From positions 93,186,001 to 93,250,000 of the forward strand of contig OX597822.1 of NCBI GenBank assembly GCA_951406725.2: 64,000 nt of DNA. The letters are read 5' to 3'. Positions 12,020 to 25,279 of this stretch are shown here, one piece after another. Below the pieces are notes generated by a model that saw only the letters and a program-made list of their open reading frames with translations, made no database searches and was not told the DNA's origin. The position numbers were made by a program, and so were the translations under genes. This DNA is from Octopus vulgaris. Lineage: Eukaryota. Numbering within the stretch: position 1 is the stretch's first letter; each line of letters starts with the position of its first letter.

Positions 12020-12862
12020 CTAGCAGAATTGCCCGGCGTTGTTCGGGGCTGAATTGCTTGAAAGTACTGTTAATGATTGCACTGAATTATGATGATTATT
12101 CAGGCAAATATTGATATAAGCTTACGGTGGGAGATAAGGACTTAACGATCAAACGTGTGCCATTGCATTGTTTTGGGGGAACCAAATTTCTGATGAGCAT
12201 TATAGGGGCACCAACTTTAAGTTTGAGAAAGTGTGGTGGTAGTCCGGGGTGCTCAAAGGAATTGAGTACCTCTATTGGATAGTTGATGACGTCCTCTGGG
12301 TCAGGAGTTGTATCGATAGACTGATATACATAGACTTCCCCAGGAATGAGTTTTAGCATTTCATCATTAATATGGTGAACAGTTTTATTCCTCGGGGCCA
12401 GTATAGCCTTTTTGCCAATCCAATCCATATTCTGATAATTAGCTTGTAGATCTGGGAACACTGCATCTCTGAGATCAGAAGGCGTCTTTACAATGGTACA
12501 AATGGAATCGATGGCAATATTACCATTTTCATCCCCTGGTATTTTGTCTTCGCCAAGTGCAAGGAGGGTGTGAGGAAATGCTGCTGATGTGATATTACGT
12601 CGCATATGAGCACGCATATTGGTGTGAAGTTTGAGAGTTACTTCCCTTTATTAAAAAAATATGCATTAAAATGGAAAAAATGATGGTAAATTATTTGTAA
12701 AATCATAGACTCATCGTAGACGCGCGCTAATACCCAGAAGGGCTCGATATGAATCACGACTATAAGATACCCGGTTTTGGTTAAACTGCATCGCAAAATG
12801 TGGGAGTAGTTAGGAATCTAAATCGGAGTAGACAGACGCACAACCTTTCTTTTATATATAAA
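12020..12862 (-). mobile_element. Non-autonomous Helitron carrying a Pif1 helicase fragment
   Basis: 3' end CCGAACAACGCCGGGCAATTCTG-CTAG|T. ORF 12096-12617 has AILAPRN, GLPPHFLKLKVGAPIMLIRNL and CNGTRL. The 5' part is homologous to the Helitron at 35014-35317. Confidence 0.88.
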
Positions 12863-13540
12863 TATTTTCGTCCTAAAAAACTTTGTATGGATTGAATGGT
12901 TACCTCTATGGAAATATATACACGCACATTATACATACATGTGTGTATAGATGAATATATAAATACATTTAAATATCTATATACACTTTTGGGCGATCTT
13001 TCTGTTTCTTAGAGATAACTTTAGATCTTATTTTCGTCCTAAAAAACTTTGTATGGAGTGAATGGTTACCTCTATGGAAATATATACACACACGTTATAC
13101 ATACATGTGTGCATAGATGAATATATAAATACATTTATATATCTATATACACTTTTGGGCGATCTTTGTGCTACTTAGAGATAACTTTAGATCTTATTTT
13201 CGTCCTAAAAAACTTTGTGCGGAGTGAATAGTTACGTGTATGGAAATATATACACACACATTATACATACATCTGTGTATAGATGAATATATAAATACAT
13301 TTAAAGATCTATATACACTTTTGGGCGATCTTTCTGCTACTTGTATATACTTTAGATCTTATATTCGTCCTAAAAAACTTTGTATGGAGTGAAAGGTTAC
13401 CTCTATGGAAATATATACACACACATTATACATACATCTGTGTATAGATAAATATATAAATACATTTAAATATCTATATACACTTTTGGGCGATCTTTCT
13501 GCTACTTGGATATAGGTCTTATATTCGTCCTAAAAAACTT
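12863..13540. repeat. About 166-bp minisatellite, 4 full copies plus a partial one
   Basis: Units start TATTTTCGTCCTAAAAAACTTTG at about 12863, 13029, 13195, 13360 and 13520. Confidence 0.92.
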
Positions 13541-13996
13541 TCCTGTCACACACTCACGCACACACACACACACACACACGCACCCTCACACACACACACA
13601 CGCACACACATACACACTCACACACACGCACACACACACGTTAGCTTACAATTTTATTTATATATTTGCGTGTCTATGTGTGTAAAGAGGAAGTGGCAGA
13701 GTGAAAGAGTCACTCACTACAAAAAGTGAATTACTTTCACTTTATTCGTTGCACACTGTGTGTGTGCGTGTGGTGTAGGCCACACTAAGAAAAGCATTTG
13801 ACTTATACACCACAATGTGAGTTTTCTCTAAATTTTGCTTAATTGGGGTTGAAATTTTAAAAAACTGGACCTGGCACGACCCGATGCATTCTACTCCAAA
13901 ACATGCTAGGTAAATTGTAATTGAAGAAATCCTATATTGTAGATTTCTATAAGATACAAAGGGAGGCAGATAAAACCTGCCTTTTATAATAAGAGA
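13540..13996 (-). mobile_element. Second Helitron-like 5' segment
   Basis: Minus strand starts A|TCTCTTATTATAAAAG at 13996, resembling the A|TCTTTATATATAAAA 5' end at 35014. Confidence 0.5.
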
Positions 13997-14030
13997 TATA
14001 TATATATAAAGAAACATATACAAATAAAGA

Positions 14031-14116
<86 letters not shown>

Positions 14117-15382
14117 CATAATTACACACACACACACACACACACACACGTATATTCACATACGCACACATGTGTATATATGTGTTTTTTTGGATGACGT
14201 AACTTGTTAATTAGTTGACTGGTTGTCGGTTCGATATCGAGGAGTTACTCCAATCTTCACTCTCGTTCGTTTTTATTGATTACAGGTGTATTGTTTACTT
14301 TCTTGGGTTTTTTTTTGTATTAATTTTGCAACGTTTGCTTCTCTTTCTTTCTCCCTTTCCTTCTTTCTTTCTTTTTCTGTAGCCTTGTCATGTTTCTTAC
14401 TCTTTGTGTCGGTGCAAATAAGCGTGAACACAAACACGCGCAAATGTATAAACAGTACATATATGCAAATGTTTCAGCCTATCGCACATGCGCACACACA
14501 CGCACACACACACACACACATACACGTTTATATGTCCTGGGTGTGACTGCAAACTGCATCGGGTAGCGAGGCTCTGGTCCAGGAGTTCCAGCATCCTTCT
14601 AGGAAGGGGACACTGATGCAAAATCTGTGGTTTCACATGATTACTAGTCAACTCCGCTTCGACCCCGTCACTGGACATGCGTCATAGGGACTCAGAGCGT
14701 GACACTCGTGTTGTACAAGCATTTATCACTATTATACAGTGACCTACAAATGTAACTTTATGGTGACCTCGTTTGTCATCCCTTCAGCTGAAAGTCCTCT
14801 GGCGATGGAAGAGTGAAGAGTAAAGAGTGAAGAGTAAAGAGTGAAGAGTGAAGACACGTGTAGACTGAACCAGTTGGAAGTGCACTGAAAGATATAACTT
14901 TCGTCTCTCACCTATGTTTCAAACCATGCGGATCTGCACAGGACTGAATAGTTATCTGAGAAGTCATGGATGGAAAGTCAGAAATGCCAATGACAACGAG
15001 GAAGCACAAAAAGACGGCAATCGTCTAAGAAGGCTTAGCAATCGCCATATCACTCGGTCCTGTATTATTTATTTAACAAGTCACAATATTCATAGATTAG
15101 AACTGGGCTCCCAGACCCATGAGGTCCCCATACAAATCAATGCTCTGTCCGTTCCGGGAACCTAAACTACTATCTTAGAATCTTGATTGCGGCAGTCTGA
15201 CCACTAAGCCACGCCTCTTCACAATCGACTAAATCGAAGTCAGTAATTGACTGATCTTAATTCTATTGATTCGAGGGGGGAAAAATCAAAAGCTAATTTG
15301 AACTGAAAATATAAAACAGCTGAATCAGTTACAGTTATTTTGACCGACTCCCAAACAATCCCACCAATCCTACCCATTATAT

Positions 15383-16310
15383 ATTTCTTTACTGCCCACA
15401 AGGGGCTAAACACAGAGGGGACAAACAAGGACAGACATAGGTATTAAGTCGATTATATCGATCTCAGTGCGTAACTGGTACTTAATTTATCGACCCCGAA
15501 AGGATGAAAGGCAAAGTCGACCTCGGCTTTCTTCTATAGGCACACGACATGAAGTATTTGCGGGAGGATGTTTATCGAATACATTGACCCCCAGGGCTCT
15601 GGTACTTAATTTATCGACCCTGAAAGGATGAAAAGCAAATCGACCTAAGTGGAATTCGAACTCAGAACATAAAGCCTGACGGAATGCCGCAACGCATTTT
15701 TGTCTGGCGAGCTGACGATTATTTTCTACTCTAGGTACAAGGCCCGAAATTTTGGGGGAGGAGGCCATTCGATTAGATGACCCCAGTACGCAAATAGAAC
15801 TTAATTTATCGACCCCGAAAAGATGAATGGCAAAGTCAACCTCGGCGGAATTTGAACTCAGAACGTAAAGACAAACGAAATACTGTTAAACAATTTTGTC
15901 TGGCGTGCTAACAATTCTGCCAGCTCAACGGTGGCAAGCTGGCAAAATCATTAGGACGCCGGGCGAAATGCTTTGCGATATTTCGTCTGCCGCTATGTTC
16001 TGAGTTCAAATTCCGCCTTTCATCCTTTCGGGGTCGATTAAAAAAGTACCGGTTACGCACTGGGGTCGATATAATCGACTTAATCCGTTTGTCTGTTCTT
16101 GTTTGTCCCCTGTGTCTGTAACTCATTGTGGGCAGTAAAGAAATAAAAAACGTTAGCACGCCGGGTGAAATGCTTAGCGATATTTCACCCGTCACTACGT
16201 TCTAAGTTCAAATTCCGCCGAGATCAACTTTGCCTTTCATCCTTTGGGGGTCGATAAATTAAGTATTAGTTGAGTACTGGGGTCGATGTGATCGACTGTC
16301 TCCCTCACCA
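15383..16310. mobile_element. Cluster of about five SINE family A copies (three minus, then two plus; head-to-head at about 15930)
   Basis: Repeated core motif on both strands. Confidence 0.82.
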
Positions 16311-16584
16311 TAAAATCCTGTTCAATGCCTTAATCGTCGCGTAATAAGAATAGCTTTTCAGGCGCAAGGCCAGCGGTTTTTTGGCGAGGGGCTCTTGCGG
16401 ATTAAATCGCTTCCAGTACTTGAATTGGTGATTTATTTTTTAGCGACCCCGAATGGATGAAGAGTAAAGTCGACTCTTACTCTGTGAAATTTAAACTTAA
16501 AACGTAAAGAGTCGTATCTAAATGCCACAATGTATTTTGTCCGCCGTTAATGGTTCTGCTAATTGGCCGCCTTGAATCTTTTAC

Positions 16585-17052
16585 TTTTCACTTGTTCCAA
16601 TCATTGCACTGAAGCCATGCTGAGGCACTGCCTTGAAAGGTTTTAGTCGAACAAATCTACCCCAGGACTTCTGTTTTTGTTTTTATATGTCTGGTACTTA
16701 TTCTGTCAGTCTCTATTGTTGAATCGCTAAAGGATAGGAACATAAACAAACCAATACTCATTGTCAAGTGGCGTCGGTGGGAGTGACAAACACAACACAA
16801 TGCGACAGGCTTCAACACAGTTTCCGCCCACCATTCACGAAGCATTGGTCGGCCTGAGGCTACAATAGAAGACACTTGACAAAGGTGTCACGCAATGGGA
16901 CCAAACCCGAAACCACTTGGTTTCTTGACTACACACGAGACACGAGACAGAAAAGACAAGACACGAGTCACGAGGCACAAAATACATGAGAAGAGCTTTG
17001 AGAGGTTGAAGGAGAGGAAGGGGAGTTAGAAATCTTCAACATCTGCGCCTAT
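16585..17052 (-). mobile_element. Decayed SINE family B interrupted near its head by a 110-bp satellite-derived insert
   Basis: Homologous to 42255-42665. Insert lies at 16934-17042. Confidence 0.7.
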
Positions 17053-17619
17053 AAAAGTTCTAAGATATTTTTAAAGATTTCGGGGTGGAATTGGGTTTAA
17101 TCCATTCAAACGCCACTGGCACTTGACTGGGACTTTATTTCATCAATGACGCAAGGATGAAAGACAAAAATTGCACCCCCACCTCACCCTGCGGTGTTGG
17201 CGTAGCTCTCTGGTAAGAAAATTGCATCGATCCAGTATTTGAGTAAGAATTCATTTTTATTGAATGCTTAAGGATGAAAGGATAAGTTGACCTCGGCGGC
17301 ATTTGGACTCAAAGCGCAGGCAACCGGAAGAAATACCGCAACGTGTTTTGTCCAACGCTCTAACGATTCTGCCACTCTCATTCTCCATTAATAACGATTA
17401 CTAATAGTTAATACTAAACTAAACTAATTTGAAGGGGGGGATAGGAAAGCGGGGGTTGGTTATTATCGATGAGATCCATCACGCAATACTTGACTTGTGC
17501 TTAGTTTATTGATTCCTGAGATCTGGAAAGCAAAACTGACCGAGTGGGTGGAGAGAAGGAAGAGAGAGAGAGAAAGATATAGAGGGAGAGAGAGGGAGAG
17601 AGAAAAATACAGAGAGTGA

Positions 17620-17681
<62 letters not shown>

Positions 17682-17921
17682 AAGGGAGGGATTATGTATT
17701 TAGAATGGTGATAGAGTAATGTAGCCATTTTGGATGATTCCGAATTATAGAAGCAGGCGACCCAAAGAAACTAAATCTGTTGCCTCAGTACACTATGCTG
17801 CTCCTGTGTCCAGGTGGTCCTTCGCTACTTACTTTTAATGCAGAGCGAGTCCCTGTGCATTTTTTTATATTTCATTCCTTGTCATTATTTCAAGTTATCA
17901 AGCAACTTTGCATTGTGTTAT

Positions 17922-17960
<39 letters not shown>

Positions 17961-18044
17961 CACGCATACACATTAACTTTCTAATCATTTATTTATGTAC
18001 ATATGTGTATGTACATACATACGTACATACACACATATATATGC

Positions 18045-18086
<42 letters not shown>

Positions 18087-18277
18087 CAAAATTAGAAAAT
18101 GGAGTAACATACTTAAATCAATCAAACATCAACCATCAGATGATACCCAATCAATACTTTATTACACCATTACATAACAGCAAAGGCATTATACAAAATA
18201 TATTGTAAATATAATTAGACAAGGAAATAGAAATATAAAATATAAAATATAATATATAATTATATCATATCTGACAG

Positions 18278-18318
<41 letters not shown>

Positions 18319-18481
18319 ATGGAAAAATGCGAGCAAGAGAAATAATATTCCTAAGATTATAAACCTGGAAAATTACAGGACAAGTTCTTACACTTGGAAA
18401 AGGTCAGGACAGCTTATTACATCTGGTAAAGTACAGAACGAGAAAATTTTTACTTAAAATATTGCAGCTACGGATAAAATT

Positions 18482-18578
18482 TCAGAATCAGAATCAGAAT
18501 TAGAATCGGAATCAGAGTCAAAATCAGAATGAAAATTAGAATCAAAATCAGAATAATCAGAATCAGAATCAGAATCAT
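18482..18578. repeat. (CAGAAT)n hexamer array
   Basis: Direct reading. Confidence 0.9.
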
Positions 18579-19762
18579 CACGAGTCACAAGCCAAGAGAC
18601 ATAAAAGACAAGACACGAGTCACGAGGCACGAGGCACGAGATATGTGTCACGAGACATAAAAGACAAGACACGAGTCACGAGACACAAAAGGCAAGACAC
18701 GAGTCACGAGACACGAAACGCGAGACACAAAAGACAAGATACGAGTCATGAGTCATGAGACGCAAGTCAAAAGAAACGAGTCACGAGTCATGAGACACAA
18801 AAGACAAGACACGAGTCACGAGACACAAAATACATGACAAGAGTTACGAAAAACGCGTCATGAGACACAAAAGAGAAATCACAAGTCATAACACTCGAGT
18901 CACAGGCATGAGATTCGAGTCACTAGAAAGGCGTGACGAGTCATGAGACTTGAATCACGAGACACAAAAGGCAAGACACGAGTCACGAGACACAAAAGGC
19001 AAGACACGAGTCACGAGACACAAAAGACAAGTCAAGAGTTACGAATCACGAGACACAAAAGACAAGACACGAGATACGAGTCACCAGATACAAAAGACAT
19101 CACAAGAGTCACGAGAAACGAGTCACGAGACACAAAAGACAAGTCAAGAGTCACAAGACACGAGTCATTAGATACGAGTCAGAAGAAACGCGTCACAAGT
19201 CATGAGACATGAGCCACGAGATACAAAAGACAAGACACGAAGCACGAGACACGAGACACGAGTCTCGAGACAGAAAAGACAAGACACGAGTCACGAGTCA
19301 CGGAAAACAAAAGATAGGACACCAGGCACGAGCCACGAGACACAAAAGTCTAGACACGTGTCACGAGTCACGAGATATGAGACACATAGACAAGACACAA
19401 GTCACAAGACACTAAAGTGAAGACACGAGTCACGAGACACAAAAGACAAGTCACGAGTCACGAGACAAGTGTCAGGTGTCACGAGACACGATTCACGAGT
19501 CACGAAACTGGAATCACGAATCACGTGTCACAACAGATAAGATACGAGTCACGAGACACGAAACACGAATCACGAGACAGTAGTTAAGAGTCACGATACA
19601 CGAGTCCTGAGACACAAAAGACAATACACAAGGCACGAGACACTAAAGACAAGACACGAGCCACGACACAAAAGACAAGACACGAAATGACGTGGCACAA
19701 AACACAAGATACTAGTCACGAGAAACGAGTAACGAGAAACAATTGGTAAGACACGAGTCACG
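18579..19762. repeat. Satellite 1: CACGAGA/CACGAGT heptamers with AAAAGACAAGA linkers
   Basis: Direct reading, strongly strand-biased. Confidence 0.92.
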
Positions 19763-19764
19763 TG

Positions 19765-20472
19765 GGAAGATTTCTACCTCGCCTACCTCCCCTTCACCCT
19801 CTAAAATCCGCCTCTCTGGAATGTTGAAGATTTCTAACTCCCCTTCCTCTCCTTCAACCTCTCAAAGCTCCTTCCCTGGAATGTTGAAAATTTCACCCCC
19901 ACCTTTCCTCTCCTTCACCCTTTCAAACCCCTCTCTCTGGAATGTTGAAGATTTCTACCTCCCAGTCCTCCCCTTCACCCTCTCAAACCCCCCTCACTGG
20001 AATGTTGAAGATTTCTATTTCCCCTTCCTCCCCCTCACTGGAATGTTGAAAATCTCTACCTCTCCTTCCTCTCCTTCACCCCTTCAAATGGCCCTCACTG
20101 GAATGTTGAAGATTTCTATCTCCCCTTCACACTCTCAAATCCCTCTTTCTGGAATGTTGCAGATTTCTACTTCCCCTTCCTCTCTTTCGTCCGCTCACAT
20201 CCACCTCCTTGGAATGTTGAAGAGTTCTACCTCCTTTTCCTCCATTTCACTCTCTCAAATCCTCCTGTCTGGAATGTTGATGATTTCTACCTCCCTTCTT
20301 TCCTTCACCCTCTCAAATCCCTATCTCTGGAATTTTGAAGATTTCTACCTCCTCTTCCCCTTCCTCCTCTCAAATCCCCCTCTCTGGAATGTTGAAGATT
20401 TGTACCTCCCCTTACTCCCATTCAATATCTGAAATCCCCCTCTCTGGAATGTGGAAGATTTCTACCTCCTCT
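19765..20472. repeat. Satellite 2: about 58-bp pyrimidine-rich unit anchored on CTGGAATGTTGAAGATTTCTACCTCC
   Basis: About 12 copies visible. ORF 19743-20432 is a by-product of this repeat. Confidence 0.92.
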
Positions 20473-20476
20473 TCAA

Positions 20477-23400
20477 GGGCCTATATAGTGTATATAGACT
20501 CAGGGGTCTATATAATGAATACAGGCCCAGGGGCCTATAGTGTATATTAGTCCAGGGGGCCTCCATTATAGAGACACTTGTCCCAATATACACAATATAG
20601 TCCAAGGGGCCTATAAAGTGTATATAGTTCCAGGGGCCTATATAATGTGTATAGGCCCAAGTGGCCTATAGTGTATATAGGTCAAGGTTGTCTATATACA
20701 CTATAGGGGGCTTATATAGACTATACAGACTCCCTGTCCCTATTATAGATTTGTGGAAAATCTTGAAAAACTGTTAGAGGATTTTGGTGAAAATTTTGAA
20801 ACACTTTGGGAAGGAATTTGATGAAAATTTTGAAAAAATTTTAGAGGATTTTGGAGAAAATTTTGAAAAACGTTTCAAAGCAATTTAAGGAAAATTTTGA
20901 AAAGCTTTTCTAAGGAATATGATGAAATTTAAAAAAAACTTTTAGAGAACTTCGGTGAAAAGTTTGAAAAACTTTTGAAAGGAATTTGATGAAAATTTTG
21001 AAAAATTTTAGAGGATATTGGTTAAAATTTCGACAAACTATTCAAAGGAATTTGATGAAAATTTTGACAAACTTTTCAAAGGAATTTGAGGAAAATTTTG
21101 AAAAACGTTTCTAAGGAATATAATGAAAATTTTGAAAAACTTTTAGAGGATTTTGGTGAAAATTACGACAAACTTTGCGAAGGAATTTGAGGAAAATTTT
21201 TAAGAAACTTTCAAAGGACTTTTATGAAAAATTTTATCAAAGGAATTTGAGCAAAAGTTTGAAAGAATTTTCTAAGTAATATGGGGAAATTTTTGAAAAA
21301 ATTTTCAAAGGAGTTCAATGAAAATTTTGAAAAATAATTCGCGTAACAATGAAAAGTTTTATCAAAATTTTCCTCAAACTCATCTGAAAATTTCTTCATA
21401 CAGGCAATGCATGCCTGTATAGACTATACAGGCCACTCTCCCGATATACATTATATAGGCCTAGGGCCTAAATATTGTATATAGGCTCATGGGCCTATAT
21501 AGTGTATATAGACTCATGAGCCTATATAATGAATACAAGCCCAGGGGGCCTATAGTGTATATTGAACAAGGGGGCCTAGACTATACAGGCACATGTCCCT
21601 ATATACAATATCTATTTCCAGGGGCCTATATAGTGTATATAGGCCTAGGGGCCTATATAATGTATATCGGCACAGAGGGTCTGTACTGTATATAGGCAGA
21701 GGGTGCCTATATACAGTATATTGGAGCAGCGATCGTATATAGACTATACATGCTGCTGTCCCTATATACACCATATAGGCCCAGGGCCCTACATAATGTA
21801 TATTGGCCCAGGGGCCTATATAATGTTATAGGCCCAGGGTAACTATATACACTATATTGGACCAGGGACACAGACTATACAGCCTCCCTGATTTGTTGAA
21901 AATTTTGATAACTTTTAGAGGATTTTGATGAAAATTTTGAAAAAGTTTTCAAAGGAATTTGATGAAAATTTTGAAAAACTTTCAGACGATTTTGGTGAAA
22001 ATTTTTAAAAACTTTCCAAAGGAATTTTATGAAAATTTTGAAAATTTTGAAAAACTTTTCTAAGGAATATGATGAAAATTTTGAAAAACATTTAGAGGAT
22101 TTTGGTGAAAATTTTGACAAATAATGAAATTTTCAAAAGAATCTGATGAAAATTTCGAAAAACATTTAGATGATTTTGGTGAACAATATGACAAACTTTT
22201 CAAAGGAATTTGATAAGAATTTTGAAAAACTTTTAGAGGATTTTGGTGAAAACTTCGAAAAACTTTTGAAAGGATTTGATGAAAATTTTGAAAAACCACT
22301 TCTAAGGAATTTGAGGAAAATTATGAAAATTTGAAAAAATTTCGTGAAACACTGAAAAGTTTTATAAAAATTTTCATCAAATTCGTTTGAAATGTTTTTC
22401 AAAATATTCATCAAAATCCTATACAGGTTCAGAAGTTGCAATATAGGCCCAGATGTTCCTAGAGTCTGCTTAGGAGACTGTATAAACTATTTCTACCATG
22501 GGTGCCGATATAGATTATATAGGCCGAGTATGGGCCTATATAGATTGTATAGACTTATATAGTGTATATAGTGTATATATGCCCAGAGGCCTATACCATA
22601 TATAGGCCTATGGGCCTATATAATGTATATAGGCCCAGTTTCCTTTTCATGGGAGAATATGCGCTATCTATTTGAATATAAGCCCGGAGGCCTATGTATT
22701 TAGGCCCATGGGACTATATAGTGTGTATAGACTCAGGGGCCTATATAATGTATACAGGCCCTGGAGTAATATAGTGCATAGTGGACCAGGAGGCCTGCAC
22801 TATATAGGCACTTGTCCCTGTATACACTATATATGCCCAGATGCCCATATACTGTATATAGGCCCAGAGGCCTTTATAATGTATATAGGCCAAGGGGGTC
22901 TATAGTGCATACAGGCATCGCATGCCAATATAGACTATACAGACACCTGTCTCTGTATCCATTATATATGCTTAATGACTATATAGTTTTATAGGCCCAT
23001 GGTCCAATATAATGTATATAGGCTCATGGACCTATATAGCGTGTTTTGAAAATCTTTTAGAGGGTTTTGGTGAAAATCCTGAAAAACCTTTCAAAGGAAT
23101 TTGATGAAAATTTTGAAAAACTTTTTGAGGATTTCGGCGAAAATTTTGACAAACTTTTCAAAGAAATTAGAGAAGAATTTTCAAAAACTTTTTCTAAGGA
23201 ATATGATATAAATTTTGAAAAACTTCTAGAGGAGTTTTGTGAAAAGTTTGACAAATTTTTCTTATTAATTTGATGAAAGTTTTGAAAAACCTTTCAAAGG
23301 AATTTGATGAACATTTTAAAAAACATTTTTAAGGAATTTGATGAAAATTTGAAAACTTTTCAAAGGAATTTGACGAAATCGTTGAAAACAATTTCGTGAA

Positions 23401-25260
23401 ACACTGAAAAGTTTTATCAAAATTTTCATCAAACACTTCAGAAAATGTTTTCAGAATTTTCATGGAACACTTTGGAATGTATTGAAAATTTTCATCAAAT
23501 TCCATTTAAATGTTTTTCAAAAGTTTCATGAAATTCCTTTAAAAAATTTTTTCAAAATTTTCATCAAAATCCTACGCAGGTGCAGAAGTTGCAATATAGG
23601 CCCAGGTGTCTGGGACTATATAGTGTATATAGACTCAGGGGCCTATATAATGTATAGAGGCCCAGGAGGCATATAGTGTATAGTGGACCAGGAGGCCTGC
23701 ACTATAAAGGCACTTGTCCCTATATACTCTCTATATGCCCAGATGCCCATATACCGTATATAGGCCCAGAGGCCTATATAATGTATATAGGCCAAGAGGG
23801 TCTATAGAGCATACAGGCACTGTATCCCTATATAGACTATACAGACATCTGTCTCTATATACATTGTATATGCCCAGGGCCTATATACACTATATAGGCC
23901 CATGGGCTTATATAGTGTAAATTTACAGACAGGTGTTTTTATAGTATAGACTATACAAACACCTGTCTCTATATACATTATATATGCCCAATGACTATAT
24001 AGTGTTATTGGCCCATGGGCCTATATAGTGTATATATACACAGGGGCCTATATAATGAATACTGGCCCAGGGGATCGATAGTGTATATTGGCCCAGGGAA
24101 CCTAGGCGATACAGGCCCTTGTTCCTATATACACTATATAGGCCCTTGTTCCTATATACACTATATAGGCCCTTGTTCCTATATACACTATATAGTCCCA
24201 GAGGCCTATATAACGTATTTAGGCCTAGGGGCCTATATAATGTATATAGGCACAGGGTGCCTATATTGTATTTAGGTACTGAGTGCTTATATGCACTATA
24301 TTGGAGCACAGGGCCTAAATAGACTATACAGCCCTCCTGTCCCTACATAGATTTCATGAAAATTTTGAAAAACTTTTAGAGGGTTTGGTGAAAATTCTGA
24401 AAAACTTTTCAAAGGATTTTGATGAGAATTTTGAAAATCTTTTTGTTGAAAATTTTGACAAACTTATCAAAGGAATGGGAGGAAAATTTTGAAAAAGTTT
24501 TCTAAGAAATATGATAGAAATTTTGAAAAACTTTTTGAGGAGTTTTGTGAAAATTTTGACAAACTTTCGTAAGGAATTTGATAGGAATTTTGAAAAACCT
24601 TTCAAAGGAATTTGATGGACATTTTAAAAAACATTTTAAAGGAATCTGATGAAAATTTGAAAAACATTTCAAAGGAAATTGATGAAATTTTCGAAAAATA
24701 TTTCGTGAAAGACTGAAAAGTTTTATCAAAATTTTCATCAAACTCTTTTGAAAATTTTTTCAGAATTTTCAGGGAAAACTTTGGAAAGTTTTGAAAATTT
24801 TCATCAAATTCCATTGAAATTTTTTTCAAAAGTTTAATCGAATTCCTTTTTAAAATGTTTTCAAAGTTTTCATCAAAATCCTATACAGGTGCAGAAGTAG
24901 CAATATAAGCCCATGTGTTCCTAGAGTCTGCTTAGGAGACTATATAAGCTATTTATGACCATTGGTGCCAATATAGACTACATAGGCCGAGTAGGGGCTT
25001 ACATAGATTGTAAATGACCCTGGGCCTAAATAGCTTATAACGTACGATTGGGGCGCAAAATAACCTAAGAAGGACTCGTGGGCGTATTTTTGCAAATTTT
25101 TATGGTATTCCTTTGAAAAGATTTTCAGAAATTTGAAGTAAATCAATTGAAAATACTTTGAAAATTTTGATCCGTATCCTATAAAAATGGAGAAGTTGCA
25201 ATATAGGCCCAGTTTTTTTCAGAGGTTATATAGGATCACTCAATATGGGCGAATATGCAC
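20477..25260. repeat. Alternating blocks of satellite 3 (about 27-bp palindrome GGGCCTATATAGTGTATATAGGCCC) and satellite 4 (about 33-bp GGAATTTGATGAAAATTTTGAAAAACTTTTCAAA)
   Basis: Satellite 4 blocks at about 20746-21400, 21890-22420, 23045-23575 and 24350-24885, with satellite 3 blocks between them. Higher-order period about 1.0-1.3 kb. Confidence 0.92.
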
Positions 25261-25279
25261 TGTATAGTGTAAATAAGTG

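Noticed and set aside
12096-12617. Host PIF1 helicase gene
   Set aside because: Intronless fragment bounded by Helitron termini.
17730-17860. Possible small exon in a unique island
   Set aside because: Only a donor-like GTAAGT on the minus strand, with no recognisable protein similarity.
18080-18280. Possible truncated minus-strand hammerhead (CAGCTGTC|AG) at the edge of (TG)n
   Set aside because: GAAA and CUGANGA are absent, so the motif cannot be supported.
19743-20432. 229-aa ORF, and the ORFs across 25245-29125
   Set aside because: Translations of stop-poor satellites with no domain signature.
22143-22170. CTGATGA...GAAA hammerhead-like cores in satellite 4 (also about 24646)
   Set aside because: Single-base variants of the TTGATGAAAATTTTGAAA unit. 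No usable stem I or stem II.
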